A DNA stretch of 64,000 bases from Candidatus Zixiibacteriota bacterium (GTDB lineage: Bacteria; Zixibacteria; MSB-5A5; UBA10806; 4484-95): NCBI GenBank assembly GCA_037441845.1, contig JBBIRK010000007.1, positions 66,575 through 130,574 of the forward strand, in the 5' to 3' direction. The position numbers were made by a program, and so were the translations under genes. Shown here piece after piece: positions 58,381 through 64,000 of this stretch (the stretch's first letter is position 1; each line of letters opens with the position of its first letter). The notes below the pieces were generated by a model. It ran no database searches and had not been told where the DNA came from. It saw only the letters and a program-made list of their open reading frames with translations.

Positions 58381-59934
58381 TTAATAAGATTCGGCGATCA
58401 ACGATACGCCGCTCATAGCAGATGGCTTTTCGATACCGAGAAACTCGAGCATGGTAGGGGCGACATCCGCCAGCACTCCGCCTTCTTTTAGCCGAACATT
58501 CAGGCCGTCGGCTATCAATACAAACGGCACCGGCGACGTGGTATGCGCCGTAAACGGTTTTCCGTCCGGTTCTTTCATGATATCGGCATTGCCGTGATCG
58601 GCGGTCAGCATGACCATGCCGCCCTTGGCGAAAACGGCTTCGATAACCTTGCCGATACAGGTATCGACGGTCTCGACGGCTTTTACGGCGGCATCATAAT
58701 CGCCGGTGTGTCCCACCATATCGCAATTTGCGTAATTCAGGATTATCACATCGTAGGCATCGGAATCGATTCGCTTAAGCACTTCGTCAGTCACCTCATA
58801 AGCCGACATCTCCGGTTTCAGGTCGTAGGTGGCCACTTTCGGCGAGGGGATCAACACTCTTTCTTCGCCGGCATACGATTTTTCGACCCCGCCGTTGAAA
58901 AAGAAAGTGACGTGCGGATATTTTTCCGTTTCCGCTATTTTCAATTGACGTAGCCCTTTTTCGGAGACGATCTGGGGAAATATCTGATCGAGCTTTTGCT
59001 GCGGAAAAGCGACTTCGGCTTTCAAATCCACATCGAAAAGAGTCATAGAAACCAAGTGCACTATCGCTTTGGGCTGCCGTGGGAAAAAGTCGAAGTCATC
59101 TTCGGTCAAGGCGCGACAGATTTGGCGGGCACGATCAGCCCGGAAATTGAAAAAGATCACGCTGTCGCCGCTTCTGATCAGGCCGTTTTTTTCGGTCGTC
59201 CCCCTCTTGATTATGGGCTCCATGAATTCGTCGGTGTTGTCTTTTTCGTAATGCGCCTTGATAGTCCGCGTCAGATCGTCGGAGATTTCGCCTTTGCCGG
59301 CGCACATAAGGTCATAGGCGACCTGGGTCCGCTGCCAACGTTTGTCTCTATCCATCGCGTAATATCGCCCCACCACGGTAGCCAGCCGGCCGACTCTGAT
59401 CGCCGCGCATCGTCGTTCGAGTTCGGCGACGAAATCGGCACCGGCGAAAGGAGAGGTGTCGCGGCCATCGAGAAACGCATGGATAAAGACTCTATCGAGA
59501 TTTTGAGAGCGGGCGAGTTTAAGCAGGGCATAAAGGTGTTTTTCCGAGGAATGGACGCAGCCGTCCGAGAGAAGCCCCAACAGGTGTAAGGATTTTCCTG
59601 TTTGCTTGGCTCTGCTTATGGCTTCGAGGAACGCTTTATTGGTGAAAAAATCTCCATCTTTGATAGATTTATCGATTCTGGTGACTTCCTGATAGACGAT
59701 CCTGCCGGCGCCGAAATTGAGATGGCCGACTTCCGAATTGCCCATTTGCCCCTCAGGCAGGCCGACCGAAAGCCCGGAGGCGCCGAGTTGCGTGTGAGGG
59801 TAATGTTCCCAATAGCGATCGAAATTCGGTTTGCGGGCGGCCCGTACCGCATTGAAATAATCCGAATCGGTCAGGCCAAAGCCGTCCATGATCAATAGAA
59901 CGATAGGACGGTATTTATGCGGTTTGCCGCCCAT
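58381..59934 (-). CDS. gpmI: 2,3-BPG-independent phosphoglycerate mutase
   Basis: GQMGNSEVGH, DGRD, RYYAMDRD, DMVGHTG, TADHGN. Confidence 0.98.
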   Translation of the reverse strand: MGGKPHKYRPIVLLIMDGFGLTDSDYFNAVRAARKPNFDRYWEHYPHTQLGASGLSVGLPEGQMGNSEVGHLNFGAGRIVYQEVTRIDKSIKDGDFFTNKAFLEAISRAKQTGKSLHLLGLLSDGCVHSSEKHLYALLKLARSQNLDRVFIHAFLDGRDTSPFAGADFVAELERRCAAIRVGRLATVVGRYYAMDRDKRWQRTQVAYDLMCAGKGEISDDLTRTIKAHYEKDNTDEFMEPIIKRGTTEKNGLIRSGDSVIFFNFRADRARQICRALTEDDFDFFPRQPKAIVHLVSMTLFDVDLKAEVAFPQQKLDQIFPQIVSEKGLRQLKIAETEKYPHVTFFFNGGVEKSYAGEERVLIPSPKVATYDLKPEMSAYEVTDEVLKRIDSDAYDVIILNYANCDMVGHTGDYDAAVKAVETVDTCIGKVIEAVFAKGGMVMLTADHGNADIMKEPDGKPFTAHTTSPVPFVLIADGLNVRLKEGGVLADVAPTMLEFLGIEKPSAMSGVSLIAESY

Positions 59935-60961
59935 CTTTCAGGATCACCTTTCGCGGGCCTTTTTTGCAAGACCCGATCACCACGGCGTCTGCGTCTTTGC
60001 AGGAATCCATCACTACCTTAACGTCCTTTCGATCGCAAATCAGGACGATGCCGATCCCCATATTAAAAACTCGATACATTTCTTCATCGGTAATTCCGCC
60101 CCAATTCTGAATGGCTCGAAAAATCAAGGGGACGTTCCAAGAGCGGATGTCGATTTCGGCGGCCAGTCCATCCGGAATTATTCTTGCTATGTTGCCCTCG
60201 AACCCGCCGCCGGTTATGTGAGCTATCCCTTTCAACAAGCGGCGATCGAGCAAAGGTTCGATTGCCGGCAGATATGAACGGTGGATTTTCATCAACTCGG
60301 AATAAATTTCGCTTCCGGTTTCGGGAATCATATCGCCCATTTTCAGTCCGGCCTTATCCAACAAAACCGTCCTGGCCAGCGTATAGCCGTTGGTGTGAAG
60401 GCCGTTGGAGGCGAGCCCCACAATCAGGTCTCCGTCGGAGATCGTCGAGCCGTCTATGAGATTTTTTCGCGATACCTGGCCCACGATGAATCCAGCCAAA
60501 TCGTATTCGCCGTCGGCATAGAACCCGGGCATCTGGGCGGTTTCGCCGCCGAGCAACGCCAAACCGTTTTGCCGGCAAGCCCGGCTGAGTCCATCTATAA
60601 TTTGCAAGGCGACTTCCTCACCTACCCGGCCATAGGCGAGGTAATCGAAAAAGAACAGCGGACGGGCTCCGCAGCAAAGGATATCATTGACGAGATGATT
60701 GACCAGATCCTGTCCGACCGTGTCATGCTTTCCCGAGGCGAACGCCAATTTCAATTTGGTTCCGACTCCATCGGCCGAGCCGACCAGAAGTATATCGCTA
60801 TGTGCAAGTTCGGATAGTGAATAAACGCCGCCGAACCCCCCCGGTTGGCCGATCACCGAATCGGTGTGCGTCCGCCGTATAAGGCTTTGCATTTTCGCCT
60901 TTAATCTGTCGGCGGCGGTGATATTTACGCCGGCTCGGGCGTAGCTCGAGGCTTCATCCAT
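59915..60961 (-). CDS. purM: AIR synthetase
   Basis: YARAGV, DGVGTK, GGETA, SNGLHTNGY, HITGGG, FNMG. Confidence 0.97.
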   Translation of the reverse strand: MDEASSYARAGVNITAADRLKAKMQSLIRRTHTDSVIGQPGGFGGVYSLSELAHSDILLVGSADGVGTKLKLAFASGKHDTVGQDLVNHLVNDILCCGARPLFFFDYLAYGRVGEEVALQIIDGLSRACRQNGLALLGGETAQMPGFYADGEYDLAGFIVGQVSRKNLIDGSTISDGDLIVGLASNGLHTNGYTLARTVLLDKAGLKMGDMIPETGSEIYSELMKIHRSYLPAIEPLLDRRLLKGIAHITGGGFEGNIARIIPDGLAAEIDIRSWNVPLIFRAIQNWGGITDEEMYRVFNMGIGIVLICDRKDVKVVMDSCKDADAVVIGSCKKGPRKVILKDGRQTA

Positions 60962-61620
60962 CAGAGGAGCTTATGTCCGTTGATCTCGAGTTCGAATTTC
61001 AGGCCGAGAAATTCGGCGGCGCGTCGGCATACGACCATCCGTGAAAGAAATATCTCGAAATATTCCATCACAGACGAGATCGAGGTATCGATATTTATAT
61101 CGAGAACCACCTTGCGCTTGATTTCATCGACACGCAAGAACGATGACTTGGCGGCCCAATTGACCCGGTCATGAATATCGCTTTTAATGAATTCGGGGTT
61201 ACGGACGCGCGATTTATGCACATCCGATTTGTCGGCCAAAATGACGGCGGCGCAGATATCCGAAATCGGCTTGCCATCGCGCTCGTCGTGATTGCCTATG
61301 GCGGCGATGACCTCGATGAGCTCCATATAATCCATTCCCATTTCGCTCAATATCTGCATGGCCATCACCGATGCCGTCTGCGCATGGTAATCGCGGTTGA
61401 TCACATTGCCGATATCATGCAGATAGGCCGCGATCGCCGCCAGCTGGGCGCGCCTTTCGCCCTTGCCCAGACGGATCATGATATTATAAGCTATATTGGC
61501 GGCCAACGAATGGTGACGCTCACCATGCTCGGTATAGCCGATAATTCCGAGATACTCATCGGCTTTGGCTATAAGAGCTTTTACTTTCTCGTTTTTTTTG
61601 ACGTCGTCGATTGTCAGCAA
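60961..61620 (-). CDS. HD-superfamily phosphohydrolase
   Basis: GYTEHG, HDIGN, ILADKSD; TTG start with GGAGG; TGATG overlap with purM. Confidence 0.9.
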   Translation of the reverse strand: MLTIDDVKKNEKVKALIAKADEYLGIIGYTEHGERHHSLAANIAYNIMIRLGKGERRAQLAAIAAYLHDIGNVINRDYHAQTASVMAMQILSEMGMDYMELIEVIAAIGNHDERDGKPISDICAAVILADKSDVHKSRVRNPEFIKSDIHDRVNWAAKSSFLRVDEIKRKVVLDINIDTSISSVMEYFEIFLSRMVVCRRAAEFLGLKFELEINGHKLL

Positions 61621-61638
61621 AAAAAATCCTCCATAAAG

Positions 61639-61667
61639 ATGTTAAGATGTTTATCGAATCCGGTCAA
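61639..61667 (-). promoter_or_regulatory. sigma70-like promoter TTGACC-N17-TAACAT
   Basis: Motif upstream of the HD-purM-gpmI-lnt run. Confidence 0.55.
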
Positions 61668-61787
61668 GCGTAAACTCCATTTCCATTCCCTGTCCTAAAC
61701 GCACACCGGTTGTATATTTATCTTATCGGAAAATGTTTCGCAAAACCGCAATCCGCTTAAACCGATAATCCGCGGATCGTCGTTTTT

Positions 61788-64000
61788 TCAAATCATTTCC
61801 CTCGGGTCAACGTCGATTTTGATAGAAACGTTTTTTGATCGCAAAATGTGCCAATTTTCTACGAAATGGCCCAACCACTTTTTGAACTCGGCGGAGAATT
61901 TTCCTTTCAACAAAATCTGATAATGGAATTTGCCGGCCATTCTGAACACCGCCGTCGATGCCGGTCCCAAGACTCTCGCCGTTTTCAAACGACCGGCAAT
62001 CTCCTTTGCCAGGCGCCGGGCCGCCCAGCGCGTAGGCGCATCGTCATCCCCTCGGACCACACACCGAATGAGTTTTCCGAAAGGAGGATAGCCGAGTTCG
62101 CGGCGATGCTCGATCTCGACCTTAAAAAACGATTCGAAATCCTGAGCGGCCGCCAGTTCGATAAGCCATGACGATGAATTGAAAGATTGAATCACGAATT
62201 CCCCGCCGTCGGCGAAATAGGCCGAGCGACCGGCCCGCCCGCCGGCCTGCACCAAAAGCGCGAAAACCTTCTCGGTCGCCCGGAAATCTGGCAGATGAAG
62301 TCCGGCGTCGGCGAGCACGACTCCCACCATACCGACTTTGGGGAAATGATGCCCCTTGGCGACCATCTTGGTTCCGAGAAGCACCGGAGATTGTCCCAAT
62401 TCGAAATCCGCGATAATCTTTTCGATCGCCCCTTTGCGCCGGGTCGAATCGCTGTCCATGCGGATAATGCCGCGCTCGCCCAGAATGCCCCGCAGAAGCT
62501 CTTCCAACTTTTGCGTGCCCAGCCCCCGGTGGTCGAAATCGTTTCCCCCACAGCCTTCGCAGACGGTAGGAGCCGGCTGAGCCGCCCCGCAATAGTGGCA
62601 GATCATCCTCGATGCCGACCTGTGATAGGTCATGGCGATTTTGCAATCGTCGCAGATTATCATACGGCCGCAAGTGCGACAAATAAGCATCCCCGAATAG
62701 CCGCGCCGATTCAGCAGAAGAACCACCTGATTCCCTTCCGCCACGTGCCAGCAGATACGCTCTATGAATTGCTCCGAAAGCGGCCACATATTATAATCGA
62801 TCTCGGCGGTCCTAAGATTGATGCTAAAGGATTTAGGCATCGGGCCGCCGGAGACTCTCTGGGGGAGCCGCAACAGCTCGAACTTATTTTTCAGAGCGTT
62901 ATGATAACTTTCCATCGAGGGAGTCGCCGAGCCGAGGATAACCACCGCTTTTTCGAGACGGGCGCGCATCAAGGCGACGTCGCGGGCATTGTATCGGGGA
63001 GCCGGATCGGACTGCTTGTACGAATCATCCTGCTCTTCGTCGATTACGATCAACCCCAAGCGGCGCAACGGTGCAAAAACGGCAGACCGCACTCCGACAA
63101 TAACTCTCAGCTCACCGGCATTAGCTTTCCTGTAAAGTTCGTAACGCTGTCCGACGGTCGTGCGCGAATGCCAGACGCCGACAGGTTGGCCGAGAGCGTT
63201 GGAAAACCGACTTACCGCCTGCGGGGTCAGCGATATCTCCGGCACCAAAATCAAAACCGATTTTCCGAGCGAAAGTGCATGTCCGGCGGCCTCTATATAA
63301 ACCTGGGTTTTCCCTGATCCGGTCACCCCATGCAAAAGAAACGATCGCTCGGCTCCGGAGTCGATCGCCGAAATTATCGTAGCCTTCGCCTTAAGCTGAT
63401 CGGCGGTCAACGGCGGAGCGGGGGTTGGCCGCTTCGGCGGTTGCACGATCGATTCGACATTTTTGCGAATGATCTTGACTATATTTTTGCGGGAGAGTCT
63501 TAATATTTCTTTACGGGAAATGCCGAAGTTCTCTACTTCCGTGAGCGGCAAACCCGTCGGGAAATTTTTCAATGCAGCCAAAACCTCCACTTCCCTTTCG
63601 CTGAAATCGGACAGGCTTTCCAAGTCGGCCTTCTCTTCCTCGATCATCGCCGTCAATCGACCGGCGACTCCCGGGGGTGTCGTTTTCGCCGTCAAACGCA
63701 AGTATCCATCGGCCAACATTCTTTTAAGCATCGCCGAACCCACCCCGGGGATCGGATTGCCCGTTGTCTTGAATATGTATGTGCCGGGCTTATTCTTTAC
63801 CAGCTCATAAGCGTATTTCTGCTTTTTATCCGATGGGACCTGGTCGCCCGCCTCGATCGTCATTTGTAATCGGGTCATAGTCCCCGGAGGGTATGCGGCC
63901 CGAAACACTTCTGCGGGGGAACATATGTAGTATTCGGCCATCCAGCGAAACAGGTCGAACATCTCCGGGGAAATAGTAAGGGCGGGATCGAGCAGTGCGC
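61788..64000 (-). CDS. priA: Primosomal protein N' (5' end outside window)
   Basis: GVTGSGKT, DEEQD, SATPS, NRRGY, Cys-rich Zn module, GRAGR, YPPF, DVDP. Confidence 0.97.
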   Translation of the reverse strand, partial: ALLDPALTISPEMFDLFRWMAEYYICSPAEVFRAAYPPGTMTRLQMTIEAGDQVPSDKKQKYAYELVKNKPGTYIFKTTGNPIPGVGSAMLKRMLADGYLRLTAKTTPPGVAGRLTAMIEEEKADLESLSDFSEREVEVLAALKNFPTGLPLTEVENFGISRKEILRLSRKNIVKIIRKNVESIVQPPKRPTPAPPLTADQLKAKATIISAIDSGAERSFLLHGVTGSGKTQVYIEAAGHALSLGKSVLILVPEISLTPQAVSRFSNALGQPVGVWHSRTTVGQRYELYRKANAGELRVIVGVRSAVFAPLRRLGLIVIDEEQDDSYKQSDPAPRYNARDVALMRARLEKAVVILGSATPSMESYHNALKNKFELLRLPQRVSGGPMPKSFSINLRTAEIDYNMWPLSEQFIERICWHVAEGNQVVLLLNRRGYSGMLICRTCGRMIICDDCKIAMTYHRSASRMICHYCGAAQPAPTVCEGCGGNDFDHRGLGTQKLEELLRGILGERGIIRMDSDSTRRKGAIEKIIADFELGQSPVLLGTKMVAKGHHFPKVGMVGVVLADAGLHLPDFRATEKVFALLVQAGGRAGRSAYFADGGEFVIQSFNSSSWLIELAAAQDFESFFKVEIEHRRELGYPPFGKLIRCVVRGDDDAPTRWAARRLAKEIAGRLKTARVLGPASTAVFRMAGKFHYQILLKGKFSAEFKKWLGHFVENWHILRSKNVSIKIDVDPREMI

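Noticed and set aside
1..64000. CRISPR arrays, tRNA/rRNA, transposases, integrases, defence systems
   Set aside because: No repeat-spacer arrays, cloverleaf or rRNA signatures, or such proteins seen; intergenic gaps are all short

Overview
A gene-dense, mostly minus-strand bacterial chromosomal window with no rRNA, tRNA, CRISPR array or mobile element that I can see. Gene content (T9SS/FlgD-type C-terminal domains, a gingipain-like C25 protease, lnt, sigma70-type promoters with strong SD sites) suggests an FCB-related diderm such as Zixibacteria; this is inference only. Housekeeping content: a dcw cluster (mraZ to ftsZ, without murB/ddl), dnaE, argS, dapF, priA, purM, gpmI, ruvX-mltG-ogt and an M16 peptidase pair. 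Best candidate for an undescribed system: the operon lnt - porZ-like - GNAT/FemAB - deacetylase-like - GT4 - GT2 - small TM protein - GT-C, which converges on a CTD-bearing C25 protease. Its core mirrors the Porphyromonas vimA-vimE-vimF locus, suggesting a T9SS cargo-anchoring glycan pathway in a probably non-Bacteroidota genome. Other notable items: an AroA homologue with an altered PEP site and a basic insertion; a structured intergenic RNA candidate flanked by two microproteins; a palindromic motif found twice; and candidate leaderless and non-canonical (ATT/ATA) starts. All calls come from motif recognition by eye; no searches were run.
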